From: Vairimorpha necatrix
Taxonomy: Eukaryota
NCBI GenBank assembly: GCA_036630325.1
Contig: CP142730.1
Span: forward strand, 992,001 to 1,056,000
Length of the DNA stretch: 64,000 bases
Reading direction: 5' to 3'
In this document: one piece after another, positions 27,163 through 41,249 of the stretch
How the letters are laid out: every line of letters begins with the position of its first letter
Numbering within the stretch: the first letter of the stretch is position 1
Notes under the pieces: generated by a model
Seen by the model: the letters and a program-made list of their open reading frames with translations, nothing else
Databases searched by the model: none
What the model was told of the DNA's origin: nothing
Translations under genes and position numbers: made by a program

Positions 27163-29365
27163 TGGGGGGACGATTAATTTTTTGATATAAATATAATAAA
27201 AAAAAATAAAGTTGTCTTTAATTCTAAACTGTTCAGATTTCATACCTAATTTCGGATTTGAAACATAATCGCCCAAAACGTTATTTTCAAATATATTTTT
27301 TTATAAATGAAATTTGACAAGTGTAATTAATTGAACGAATAAAAGAACGGAATTCTAAAAAAAGCAAAAAAAATGTAATAAAATCAAGTAAATGTATTTA
27401 GTCTCCAAAATTAAAGCGAAGTTCTAACAACAATAATTGCCAGTGATTATATATAAATTTACTTTTTTTAATTCATACTTAGTTATTAGATTAAAGTTGC
27501 AAAAAGTAAATTTTAATTTAATATAAATTTTATCCATTGATAATAAATAAATGAGACGAAAAATATTCATTTTTTAAAAAAGTTTTCCTTAACATTTAAA
27601 TACAGATTTTTTTAGTTTGGGTCTGTTGGATTACAGTAGAAGCAACACCTTGTAGAACCCAAAGAACAGAAAAAAGTATAAAATTTGGCATAATATCATA
27701 AAAAAGTAAAATTTTTTAACTTTTAAAATGTTTCATTCATCTAATCAATATTAATTGAACAAGACTTAGCTTAATTATATATTGCAATGTAAAATAAAGA
27801 AAAGTCTCGATATACTTCTATGAAGGAATTAATTTTTATTATACATTGTTATAAACACTATTATGTAGGAATAAGCAATTATTTTTGACGAAAAAATTTA
27901 ACACATTTTTGGAAACAATCTTTTAATAATATTTTTTTAGAAAAGCTTCAGTATTTGATTTTTAGATTTTTATTCTTTATAAAACCAATGAAATTCTAAA
28001 AAGGACAAAATGATAAAAATATAATAAATTATTTTTTCTATGCTAAAAACTAGGTAGAATATCATATAATGAAAAAAGATGTCTAAGAAAAAAAATTATA
28101 TTACATAAAAACAAAGGTTTCTATATGTATTTTATTTATTACTTTTTTGAAGACAGATTCCTAAAATGTACACCATAAAAACAGATTATTGTTTTTTATG
28201 AAAATTTACATTTTAATTAGATCGAAACGCCTTTTTTATTTTAATTTTTTTATTTCCGTCTTTAGTTCTCACTGCTTGAATTTCAAAACTAAGTGTTAAT
28301 TATAGATAAAATTTATTATTTATTCGTTAAAATGAAATTTGCTAATTAAGGAAAATAAAAATTTTTATAAAAAATGAGTTACAAAAATAATTTTTTTGCA
28401 ATCTTAGTGCATTATTTATCAATTTATGCTCATAAATTATTATAAATAATGTAAATTTATCGCAGTGGAAAAACGTCGACTTTGGTTGTTTTTGGGAAAA
28501 TTATGTTATGATAATAACGAAGTCGTTATTTTATTGTAAAATCATCTATGGCGCACTAAACTTTATTTGGGAAAAATATACTATCTTACTTACTAATTAC
28601 TTTTTACAAGATACGCTTACAATCTCTTCTGGAAGTCCCCGGAGCTCCTTCTGAAATTTACGCATTGAATTCTCAAATATTTTTCCTGATCAGTATCAAT
28701 ACCTAGTCTGAATGACAAAGTTGACATATAAAGTCATTTAAAAACTCTTGGTTGTATAAATTCTTCAGTTCTGGGCACAAATCAGAGCTCTTTGATATTT
28801 GCGCGGTGAAAATTAGTTATCATTCTATTAAAAATCATCACATAAGAAATTATTTCGCCTTTATTTATCAAGAGAAGCTACAAGCATTTACGGCAAATTT
28901 ACTTTCTTAATAATATTTTTTTTTAACTTGCATAGCAATTTTAAACTACAATGTAAAACATGTGTGTAAGAGTACACATAAAGGTCGATAATAATTTTAA
29001 AAAATATGTAGTCCCAAGGCCGGCCAATAACCCAATTCTATCTACGGTATATACTACGTTGAGAAATAGAAAAGCTTGCTATTTTAAAATTTATCAAGAA
29101 GATGCTATATAAAAACCAATTATAAAATTAAATATATTGATTATTTATGTAAAATAGAAATATTTTTTACGTTGTTTTTTGATTTTTAGTAGTAGGACAA
29201 TGTAATTCAAACTAAAATACAAAAAAAATTATTACAAACAATCAAATTTAGTATTTTAAAATTACTGTTACATATATAGCAAAAAAAAAATATTTTCAAA
29301 ATAAATACACTAATTTATTATAAACTAATTCTAAATCAATTATAAAAGAAAATATTAAACTACAA

Positions 29366-30262
29366 TTATAACGTAAAAATGATCGAATGTGTTACTATCT
29401 CATTAGATCGAGGAGTTTTACATCTTTTATAGTATATGTAATAAGAAAAAACAATAAAACTTATTATTAAACAAATTAGAGCAATTATAAAAATAGCACT
29501 CTCAAAGAAAACAGTAGAATCATATTTGTAAGATCTTGTAATAGTCATATTTTCGGCTAAATAATTATACCCTTTAGGGAAAATACTTGTAATATTCGTA
29601 AAATCATAGTTGTTATTAATGCATTTTGGGTTAAGTAATAGATCATGCTTTTTAATAATTTCGCCGGAGAGAAATTGGAACTCTAATTTTCCATAACATT
29701 TGTTATAATGTGGAATAAGGTCTTTACAAAGTTTGTAAACAAAAGAAGGAATGTTTTCATTAATGCCATCTTTTAAAAAACATGTATTTTGTTCGAAAAA
29801 ATCTTCTAGCAATTTTCTAGTAAGTTTTCTTTGGGTTTTATGAGGGTTATAGCAGTGCCGTAACATTTCATAATATTCTTTTGCACCAAGAAATAGATAT
29901 TCAATAAAATTTATTTCAGGTTTCGTGAGAGAATTTTCTACCATATAATCCCATTCATTTTGATTTAACATTTGCAAATATCCTTTTTTAATCAGTGTAC
30001 TTCTGCTTGTAAAGCTATTTGTTAATCGATTTACTTGTGTCATTTTTTTAAAAATAGTATGATTTGTTATTGCATTCCATAAAATTTCGTAAAATATTCG
30101 AACATTGTCTTTAGAAATATTATTTTCATAAATTCTTTTATCTAAGGAATCACAAATTTTAGCGTCATTTAAAACTTTACTAAGTAAATCATTGTCGAAA
30201 TTACTACATTTTATCACTTCAGGAAATAACGTAATTGGCAAAATATAAAATAACGAATTCAT
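29366..30262 (-). CDS. 6-Cys type I membrane family member A8 (298 aa)
   Basis: CCCCTCAA-ATG start. ICDSLDKRI, LWNAITNHTIF, HCYN, NTCFLK, IPSFVYKLC, KCYG, PKC, TM helix. Confidence 0.92.
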   Translation of the reverse strand: MNSLFYILPITLFPEVIKCSNFDNDLLSKVLNDAKICDSLDKRIYENNISKDNVRIFYEILWNAITNHTIFKKMTQVNRLTNSFTSRSTLIKKGYLQMLNQNEWDYMVENSLTKPEINFIEYLFLGAKEYYEMLRHCYNPHKTQRKLTRKLLEDFFEQNTCFLKDGINENIPSFVYKLCKDLIPHYNKCYGKLEFQFLSGEIIKKHDLLLNPKCINNNYDFTNITSIFPKGYNYLAENMTITRSYKYDSTVFFESAIFIIALICLIISFIVFSYYIYYKRCKTPRSNEIVTHSIIFTL

Positions 30263-31168
30263 TTGAGGGGTTTAAGTTTTTTTTAATATATATGTGAAAA
30301 AAGAATAAAGTGTAAAAGTCCGTAAAACTATTTATATACTCATTTAATAGCATATGGGGGAAATGTATCAGTACTCAAATATATTAATTTGTAAATTAAT
30401 TTTTGAAATTTCTGTTTATTTAACCGAAATAAACCGGAAAAAAGTGAATATGAGGAGTAATGTTTTAGTTTTTCCATAATGGTTAACAACTTTTCTTGAA
30501 AGAATAATTTAGTGACTTTTTACATAAAATTTGATGTTTCATATTTTTGATATCATATACATATAGAAAAATTTAACATTTATATTATACTTACTTTTAA
30601 CTAAAAAAATATGGCTATAATGTATAAATTTATAATAAACGGGGTTTTTTTTACTTTAGATGAGTTGCATGCCTTGATAAACAAAAGTAATATGTAGAAA
30701 ACATTCAATTAGTTATAAATTATATTTTAAATAAATATTTACAGTCTTATTATCTGTAACGACATTGCAATATTTTTATTTTAAAATCGAGTATGAAGTT
30801 TAGAGTAAGTAAAACCCTAAAAATTCGACTTCAAAAATACTTTTCTCGTAAAAGACAACCGATGTCTAATTTAAAAAAAGTATTTTTATCAAAGGAATAT
30901 ATTATTTAAAAATTCAATCAAACAATTCAAATGATTGGTTCTGTATTTTTATTAAAAAAAAAAAAAAAATGCAAATAAATTATCTATTTTTTTTCGAGAA
31001 AAAAATGATAAAAAATTGGATTTATTACTTAATATAATTTTGTTATAATATATCATATATAAATTTCAAAATTCAGCCTGTTTGCTCCATTATTAATAAA
31101 AAAATTTATTATAAAAACTTGAAAATTTTATAAATTATTAGTATAAGATGTTTAATTGTATTAATATC

Positions 31169-32259
31169 TCATAAACTTGTTTCTTGTTGCCTAAGAGATT
31201 CGAGTAAACGCCTTTGGTTTCTTTTCTTCAAACACACATATCCTAGTCCCAGCCCCATAAAAAATATTGTCGTTAGCAATACTACAAGAAATATAGAGCT
31301 AATACTACTAACAAACAAAGAGCTTTCTTCATTAATATTACTATTTTTAATATAATGATCAAACTTAATAGTATCCGTCATATTATTCATCTCAGTAGTA
31401 ATAGTATCTGTTATATTATTAATCTCAGTAGTAATAGTATTTGTTACGTTATTTCTTTTAAAGTTAAATTTGGCGATGGAATCGAAAAAACTATTAGCAT
31501 AATCATCATATAAAACATTGTCCTTCGTAATAATACCACACATCTTGTTAAAACTATCAATATCCATGTCATCAATATTATTGAAATTTACAAAATCATA
31601 ATTTTCATTGAAACATTCTGCCTTTACTATTTGATTGTGTTTGAATTTTATTACGTTAAACATATATTCCCGTCCACTTAATTTTCCACAAAAACTGTAG
31701 TATGAAACCACATCTTTACACATCTTAGAGACAAAGGAGGGAAAATTCTCAATCAGCCCATTTTGTATAAAACACATATTTTGGTTAATAACGTCAATAA
31801 TGGAATTTTTAATTGAATTATTTTCATTTATGATATCTTTATAACAAAGACGCAGCGTGTTGAAATATTCTGAGGTAGTTGCATGCATGTTATCAATAAA
31901 CATTTGCTCGTGTGCTTTTAAATTTTTATACTTCATTACATCAAACCCCCATCATTAAAATATTCTAAAAAACCATCAAGAATCATTTTTCTTCTGTTAT
32001 TAAAACTATTGACTGATGTATCATTTTGTATCATTCTTTCGAAAATCTTGTTACTTGTTACCGTATCAAAAATTAATTTACCGAAAAAACGAAAATTGCT
32101 GTATTTTAGGTTATTAATTTCCAATATTTTATCTAAATAATTACAAACATTTTGACTATTAACGATTATATCTAATATGTCTCTTTTATTGTATGACCCT
32201 TTAATAAAAGTAACTAAGAAAATAACTTGTTGAAAAAAAAATTTTTTTATCAATATCAT
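31169..32259 (-). pseudogene. 6-Cys type I membrane family member A9, single frameshift in a G5 run
   Basis: CCCTTA-ATG at 32259. ORFs 31936..32340 and 31169..31936 join into one full-length paralogue (…NDGGFDVMKY…) if one G is added at the C5 run 31946-31950. Confidence 0.85.
31367..31454 (-). repeat. 33-bp (11-aa) coding tandem repeat in the A9 stalk
   Basis: NNVTNTITTEI-NNITDTITTEM-NNMTDTI. Confidence 0.85.
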
Positions 32260-35200
32260 TAAGGGTAGAGATATTTTTTCATTATAACTTAAAAAAAAGT
32301 TAACCATAAAATTTATGTTAAATTCTAAAAATAAGTTCATTTTGTCTGAAAAAATATTTTTATAAATTAAATAAAAATATTTTTTTTGTACATTTAAGTA
32401 TATTGATATATGAAAGCAACGGTAATCAGATTAATTGAAACATGTAAAGTAACATTTATTAAAGATTTATATAAAATTTCATAAAAATACTTGTATATAA
32501 CATGATTTTATGCTTTTAAAATATTAAATCATAAGAATATATATTACTTTAAATATTTATTAATTTTCTTATTGTAAGTCTAATTTTCGAATCGTATAGG
32601 CTTTTAATTGTCTCAGATTACTAAAAATAGTGTATCATGAGAAATTATATGTCTAAAATTATTATTGCTAAATGTCTTGAATATTTTTTTTTTGCGATTT
32701 ATTTTACTACAGTTAAAATGTCTTCTTTATGCATTATATGATATTTTGATAAAAATTTTTATAAAGTAATAATAGTACTTATTGCTAATGTTGTCTTTTA
32801 ATAGTCGAATAAATACAATTTATGAGACAACTTCTAATGAATATCTTTTAAATACATCAAAACACCTTCAAAAGAACGCCATATAGACGGTATTGGTGTT
32901 TTTTTAAATTACAATGAACTCACACATTGTCTTTGAAATTGATTTGTTTTTATTCTTCAACAATTATTTAAGACATGTTTTCTAGATACCTAATTTATTA
33001 ATTTTTTATAAAAAACAAAGAGTAGACTTAAACAAAAAATTATTTAAAAGGATATCAATGTAAACATATTAAAATCAAGACAGATATATTAATTGAGTTT
33101 ATAAAGTAACATGACTCACTAATTTTTGTTTTCTTTTTCATTTTATTAAAGTAGTGTATTTATTTTTGCTTGGCTTATAAAAAATGTCTTAAAGAAAAAT
33201 TTAACTTTATATCAATTGTGGGATTGCCATTAACATCCAAACCAAAAGTTTATGTGATAAAGCATATGATCTAACTTCTTATCTTAGGCAATGCATTTAT
33301 AAGCGCGCTTTTTTTCTAAAAAACTCCAAATATGGATTTTAAACTTAATAAAACAAAAAATTGAACATTTCAAAAAAACAAAATTACTCGAGGCATACAA
33401 AATACTATAGTCTGATATTTTAAAAAAAAAGCTTTAATTTTGTTTTATTTGTATGTTTCCAATACATATTGTGTTTTTCTTATCGCCATAAAATATTGCA
33501 CATAGTTGAAAAATACTCTAAAATTATCTACTACATCTTACAAATGAAAAAACATTGTAAATCTTTATGTTTTATCTTTGAAGTAAGTAAAAAATTTTTT
33601 GAACAAACATATATATATATTTGTTACAACTCTACTAAACTGATCATGAAAAACGAAAACAATCTTAAAAAGATATATATCGATATACAAATGAAAAATT
33701 TTAGTAATCTTGTTTAATTTGGTTATTTTTTTTATGATTTTAAAACTTATCATAGGTGTATATTCTACATAAAAGCTATAATAAAATTATTTGGAATTGA
33801 AAAAAAAAAACGCCATATTTTTTTTTCTTCGATCACTTACTTAACTACAAGACTGCTAATCTTATTTATTTTTATTTAAGTTGTAGCTAAGAACATCAAA
33901 AAATTTCAAAAAACGTGTCGAAAATACAAACAAAATTCTGTTTAATATTTTCTTATGGTTGGTAAGAACAAATATGCTAATTTGGCGTTTGGGTAAATTC
34001 TTTTGTATCTTCGCTAAAGCTTTATTTTACAATGAGTGTCTTATCTACAAGATCTTCAGGTTCTATTGTCGGAAGATCAAACTTAAAAACAACAATAATA
34101 TAATACAAATTCAAATTGCAAATAAAATATTCGATAAACAAATTATATCGATTGCATATATGATTTTAACATATATGAAAATTATTTGAAAATAATTTAA
34201 GTATTTGACTTTAGGTAGTAATAACAAAATGCAGTTATAAAAAAAGAATGTAGAGTCTAATTATTGACATTTATTTTTAGAATTCACTCTGCCGACGCGA
34301 AAATATATTAAAAATCTTGTAAGACTTTAATTTTCGCTTTGCGGAAATTTTCATATAAACATTTTTCTTCCACGACAATATACAGACATCCTCTAAAAAG
34401 ATAATATATTCACAAATTTTCGCCCGTGAAAATTTAGTTATGATTACACCAATTGTAACAATACAAATATGGTGAAATTGCGCTAATAATATGAAGATGT
34501 AAAGCGTAGCTGAAATTTTAAAAATTTTTGGTTTTATATAGTAAAGATAATTGCTAATATAAAAACACTAACAATTAGCTAATTAAATTTTAATTATCTC
34601 TCAATCTTATCTGGGAGACATTTTTAATAAGTCTAACGCAAAATTTATAAGTTCTATATTTGTTGGTCAGAATTGTCGTATACTCATCTAAAACTTCTAA
34701 AATGATATATTTGGGCGTTCTGGGACAAGTAAAAAAAAAGATAAGAATGAGACATTAATACGTTTATCTTTTTTAATAGTTTTCTTGGCATTATGAAAGT
34801 AGAGAAAATCCATCCATAAAAAAACTTAATTTTTTTTTTCATTTTACATATAACATTGTGTAAGAACTTTTTGCAAAATAAGATTAAATAATGAAAAATT
34901 AAAACATATTTTCGCATTTTAACTGTTGAAAAAAAAAAGAAAAACATATTATAAGTCGTTAATTTTGACATAGTATTGATTCATTTATATTTACTAAGCC
35001 AACAACTATTAAAAATAACTACCCTTAATTTAAAAAAAACATGTTAAAATTACTCGTTGATGCTAGATAAATCTTGAATATTACAAAATGACATGAGAGC
35101 TTTTAATGACAAATCAGATTCTATGTACCTACCAGCGGATTCTAATCTTTTTTGCAACAAAATTTACTTATATTATATAAAGTTCTTACTATAAATAAAA

Positions 35201-36885
35201 AAATTCATTTTACCACTAACAATCAATGAGTCAAGATGATTGCATATGATTGAAAGCCAATACATTTCGAGTTGTAAGCCTTTGCAAACATATAATTATA
35301 ATGAGCGGTAATTATGAAGTAATAAGATTAAAAACTACAGATAAGAACATTATTCAATTTAAGATGTGGGAATCTTAGCACAATCTAAATACTTAATGCA
35401 ATTAAAATTAAGTAGAGTAAGCCTGCATGTACCAGTGTAAAAAAAATTCTAGAGGTTTGATTTACGTATAAAAATTCTAAGTAAATTTTTTACCAAAAAG
35501 AGCTTACGTATGATCTCAAAAGAACATTAGGCTTATATCTTAATCTTACTATAATTATTAAATGTGTAGTAAAATGCTTTGGCGTGGTTTTAATTTCTAT
35601 AGACACTTGGTAAATGAGCAAAGCTAAAGAAATACGAATTATATATTGGATAGTTTACTTGAAGTGACCTTGGAAGTCTAATTATTAATTTCGCTTAAAC
35701 ATACATAATTAGAAGCAGAAAAGGAGCATCATATTGGTAAATCGTTTACCTAGACAAGGTTCGTAGTTCGATTTCTTTTTTTCGTAGTTAAGATGAGTTA
35801 AAATACTTTTTCTAAAACCGTCTATTTTTTTTATACTATGCAAATTAACAATCAATATGATTATAAGAATGTTATTGTGATGACCTTATTAATAAATGTA
35901 TGACAAAATCACGTTAATCATTTAGTTCATAATATTTAAATCGACTAAATTCCATTCATTATTCATTTTTTGTATACAAACAATAAAATATTTAAAAACA
36001 TTTCTTTAACAAAAAAAAAGGAACTATGCAATAAAATTAATAAAAACTATTATATTGAAAAAATATCTACAAACACCAAAACAACAATCTTATTTTGACT
36101 TATCTTATCGTGTTGTCAAATTGAATTCAAATTTTATGCTAAAAAGTATTTATTTAATAATGATACAAAAATTTATTAATTTCTAATTATACAAGAAGAC
36201 TGAACTGGAATGAAAATATGTACTTACTCTTTTGTATTCTATGGAATTTTATGCTATTAAAAAAATATGATATCTAATTTCTAAACTTGTGTCAAAAATC
36301 TTTATTGAAACGTGTCTAAACCTTTCCTTGAAACTTATAATATGAAATAAAAGGTCTTTTTTTAATATACGTGTTGATAAGAATTTACTTTATATTATTA
36401 TATATATAAATTTGAGTTAAATTTACTGAGTAGTGATAAAAACACTGCAAAAATAATTTTTTAGGACATGAAAGTTGCTTTTTTATGTATTAATATACCA
36501 TAAATATTTGTAAATTTATAAATATAATTACACAGAAAACCGTTGTTGCTCTAGTTCTTAGCCAAATTACAAATCCATCATTATTAACTTTAAAAAAGCT
36601 ACTAGAGCCTGTTTTATTAAATAGAACATCCACGGAACTTGTGCGAATATAAGACATATATAGCCGGAACTAAGTTTTTACTATACAAAACAACGGCCAA
36701 AAAACGACTTGATATAACTTCTACTTACAATTATTTAAAAAAACATTAAATTTAGAAAAAAAATTAATTTTTTGAAACAATTCAAAATATTGAAGAACAC
36801 AAATATCTTTTATTTTTTCAAAACTATATAAAAAATAAATGAAATAAAACTTTTAATGATTTTTTTAGCAGATGTATTTTTCAAT

Positions 36886-37889
36886 TTAACATCTTGATAC
36901 TAAATGTTGTCTGCGCGAGTTAATTAATGTCTTTTGTTTTTTTAGTTTGTAACGCAAATATCCAAATCCTAAAATTACAAAAAATAAAATCATTAGAGTT
37001 ACTGCAATAACAAAAAAATTAAAAGAATTTAAAATATAATATGTTTCTTAGTTAACATTATTAATTTCTGACGCCTCAATATCTTCTTTATTATTTACGT
37101 CAATATATTTATCAATTGAATCAATTAATTCATTGGGCGGTTTATCATATAGTAAATTATCTTTCGTAGTAATACCAAACATATTGTTAAAATTATCAAT
37201 GTTCATATTTGTAATATTAGTAAAATCATAATCATCATTGTAACATTCAGCCTTTAATAATTGATTATGTTTTTCTTTTATATTGTTGAATATGTATACT
37301 CGACCATCTGCATTCTCACATTCATTATAATATTGCACGACTTTTCTACACAATTTATTAACAGTTGATGGAAATTTTTTACTCAAACCATTCTCTATAA
37401 AACACATGCTTTGATTAATGGCATTTTCAAGAGCTTTTTTAGAAGAACTACCATTGTTTATGAAATCTTTATAACAAAGATGTAACGTTTTGATATATTC
37501 TACTGTTATTATATATAGGTTGTCAGTAAATTTTTGCTCATACGGTCTTAACTTATTATATTCAATAATACTATATTCGTTGTCAATGAAATTTTCTAAA
37601 TATACCTCCCTAAGTTTTTCTTTTCTTTGTTAAAACTATACTCAGATGTATCAGTTTGTATCATCCTTTTAAAAATTTTATTACTTGTTATTGTATCGAA
37701 AATAAATTCACCGAACTGACGAAAATCGGCAAATTTAAGTCCATTTTCTTCTCTTATATAGTTAAAATATTGACATTCGTTTTTACTATTATCAATTATA
37801 TCTATTATATCGTCTTCACTATGTGACGTTTTTATAACATTAAATAAGAAAATAATTTGCTTAAGTAAATTTAGTTTATGTATTTTCAT
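36886..37889 (-). pseudogene. 6-Cys type I membrane family member A10, one frameshift and one in-frame stop
   Basis: CCCCAT-ATG at 37889. A 1-bp deletion near 37626-37628 breaks SFNKRKEKLREVYL. The frame then runs through LCYKD, SMCFIE, FPSTVNKLC to TAA at 37048-37050 and continues in frame to a TM helix and tail ending at 36886. Confidence 0.85.
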
Positions 37890-38650
37890 ATGGGGCTTAA
37901 TTTTTTTAGCTTTTATCTTTATAAAGAGTTGACCATAACTTATTAAAAGCTTTATTTTTTTTAAGTCTTTTTATATTGTAATGCCAATGGACAATTCTAG
38001 GTGCATACTGATAATTGCCTTTTTTTAGAAACAAATTATATGGTGACAGGTCCGTTGAAAGATTAAGAAAATAACTGACTTTTGACAGGACAAACCAGTT
38101 GCCATAATTGTGTAAAAAATGCCAGTAAAAAAATATATTTGCAAAAACTATTCAATGAAAATATACCAGCATGACATTAGCAAATATATAAAAAAAATAT
38201 ATCTATAAGATGAAACTAAGAAAGGATCAAAAAAAAGCTCGAAAGGAACAGAAAATTAGAAAAACTAAAATTAGATTTATTTAATATCTGGGCAAAGGCC
38301 TGTCTCAAATTCATATACATAATTAAGCAAATTTCTGTGTTTCTGCGACATGTCAATTATTTCATTTTGTAAAAAAATTATTTGATATAAAAATATAATA
38401 CGACATATAGACAGTAGGAGTAAACGAAGCTAAAAAGAAAATGAAATAAAGTGTATTTATAAAATAACTAATTTGATAATTTTTTAACTAATTGAAACTT
38501 TTCCATGGGGTATCATAATAATATTTAAAACTATAAATGATATATCTAAGTGAAGTGGTATTCAAAAAATCAAAACTTCGGTAATTTTTAAATAAACATT
38601 TTATGAACTATAGATTAATTATTAAAAAAAACTCAAATCAAAATCGTAAT

Positions 38651-38979
38651 AAAATAGGATAAAAGATTATTTAATTTATCATTAATATTAAATATTAATA
38701 GCACAGCTTTCTCCGGTATCGCGCATGAGATTCAGCTCTTCAAGGCTTTGGTTTCTGTGGAATTATTTATGTTTTTCAACTTCAAACTTTCAGCTTCATT
38801 CCCCTTTGCCGACACCACTTCTTTAACAGTCGCCATATTCGATAGTGCGCTTACAGCTCTAGCCACTTCTTCTTCTACATCCTCATGATCGTATCCTCGT
38901 CGTTGTTCAAAAAAGATGGACTCAAGAGTCCTCTTCATTACAATATACTGAATATATGCTTTTATGTAGGGTTGGATTT
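38651..38979 (-). mobile_element. Older diverged 3' fragment of the same RLE non-LTR family
   Basis: MKRTLESIFFEQRRGYDHEDVEEEVARAVSALSNMATVKEV aligns with the C-terminus of the young copies, with substitutions and small indels. Confidence 0.88.
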
Positions 38980-39005
38980 AATAAAATTAAATTTTTAGAT
39001 ACATA

Positions 39006-39910
39006 AAATAAAAGATTTATTGAGTTAATTTTCAATTATGTTTAGATATTCATAGCACAGCTTTCCCCGGTATCGCTCATGGGATTCAGCTCTTCACAGA
39101 CTTTGGTTTCTGTGGAATTATTAATGTTTTCCAACTTCACTTTAGCAGCTTCATTCCCCTTTGCCGACACCACTTCTTTAACAGTCGCCATATTCGCTAG
39201 TGCGCTTACAGCTCTAGCCACTTCTTCTTCTCCTGCATCCTCCTGATCGTATCCTCGTCGTCGTTCCAAAGAGATGGACTCTAGAGTCTTCTTCATCACA
39301 ATAGACTGGATATATGCTTCCAGGTAGGGTTGGATTTCTAGCTCCCTGATGTACTTTCTGTGATATTTGGTCACCACTCCATCCCATGTCATTACATAAG
39401 GAACTATTCTTGTCCGGGATTTATGTATTAGTCCCAGTTCATTTGCAAGAAGGTCATATTTTCTTAGTTTTTCATTCTCAACTATAGTAAGTCGATCCTG
39501 GTTGGTTATACCAACTTCAACTATTAAAATTTCTTTCTTCTTCTTGTCAAACACAAGAATATCAGGCTTATTATGGGTTACCTTTATATTAGTGGATATT
39601 CTCGTATCTACTCTTATTTCTGCACGATCATTTTCCATGATCTCTTGTACTGAGTGTCCACGTATTTTCTTTGTCTTCTTAAACCCATATTTAATACATA
39701 GTAAGAGATGAATGCATCTAACTACCTCGTTGTGTCTTTTCATATAATCAAAACCCAACATTCGATCACACTTGGTAGCTAAATGATCCACGGTCTTCCT
39801 ATGAGATCCACAATGGGGACATTGTCCCTCTTGTCCACAGAAGATATTTCTATCCTGTAGGAAGCAGTAAATTGCTTCGGATCTAGCCTGATTGTTTCCT
39901 TTAACCAGCC
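39006..39910 (-). mobile_element. Young 5'-truncated RLE non-LTR retrotransposon (R4/Dong-like) with 12-bp TSD
   Basis: Open frame LVKGNNQARSEAIYCFLQDRNIFCGQEGQCPHCGSHRKTVDHLATKC (CCHC finger)...RHNEV...NKPDIL...EVG...KYD. Direct repeat TTTAGATACATA at 38994-39005 and 39911-39922, followed by (TA)n. Confidence 0.92.
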
Positions 39911-41249
39911 TTTAGATACATATATATATATATATATATATATAAATTTTGCTTAACTGTCAATTTATAACTTATCTTTCCTCATTTTTTAAAGAATAAG
40001 TATCCACTATCATTTAAAAATATAACATCGACAAAAATATAATAGGCCAAGACATACAGTAATGTGAAGCAATAAAATTTATGTATTTATAATGATAAAA
40101 ATGTCGAAATATAATGACTAATTTTTTTAAAAATTTCGGTTATCTAATCAAACTTTTAATTTCATATTATGTTTATATTTAAAGGATTCATCGTATTCTA
40201 ACATAAAAAATTTATTAATTCAAATTTTAATATCAGTAAAAACGAAAATCAAGATAAAAATCAAAATCATTACTTAGGAAATATAAGTTAATTTCAAAAA
40301 CTATAGTAATAGACATAAAGATTAATCTATTTTACCTCAAAAAACAAGTCAAATTAATATAAATTTTTTAAAAAAACAATATTCAATACTTCGCAATACA
40401 AGCTTACGTAACATAAAATTGATTACTCATGAAAGACACAACTTTATCGTATACATTTAGTCTGACATGCAAATGTGAAACCCCTTACTTGTATTACCTA
40501 TTGCAACGAAATGCAAGGACAGAAAAGGCGATTTTCTATAACATTAGTTTAATAAGTTGATATATGACGCAATATTATGGATATCTATTAGAATGTATAA
40601 ATTGGGGCGAATTGAGAATGATTTTTGTAATAATTTTCTTATAAGATAATTAAAGTTGTTTTTATTGAAAACTCAAAAGAAATCTTTGTGTCAATAATTA
40701 GATAATTCTAAAAGAAATCAGAATATAAAAAATAAAAGAGATTTTTCAAATCTAAATCAGCTTTATTAGATCTGTTAAAAGAGGCTTGTTAAAGTATGGT
40801 GTTAATAATGAAAACAAATTAGTCGTGAACGACTTCACAATCCAGTTATAAAATTAGAAAGTCTTTTACTAATGCCCCAATAAAATATCATCTTTATTTT
40901 GTCTTTATAAAACACAAAATTAATCTTTATAACATAAGTTTATAACTTTACTATTTGCGTCAAATATATTAAATTTGTATATTTTATTATATTTAATACC
41001 TCAAAAAACCATGCTACAGAATATTCTTATTACATATCATTTTTTATATTCTTTTATATACTTGCGCGAATTATATTAAAATTTGTTTAAATATATATAA
41101 TTAGTAGCGTTCTTTAAATTTCGTTCATTTCCGTTCGCGTTTTATTTTTAAACCTTTTAAATTGAAATATCCTAAATAACTAATTGCACTGAGTATGAAA
41201 AAATCAAATAAAAACACCTAAACCTTCCAGCTCGATTTAAGGGGTGCAT

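Noticed and set aside
28610-28810. Possible LRR gene relic (ELRGLPEEI on the minus strand)
   Set aside because: Single short motif with no sustained frame or periodicity.
31934-31938. TAATG stop-start overlap as translational coupling of two genes
   Set aside because: The two ORFs are the halves of one paralogue split by a 1-bp frameshift.
35020-35800. Possible decayed plus-strand gene after a CCC...ATG
   Set aside because: Many stops in all frames and no identifiable motif.
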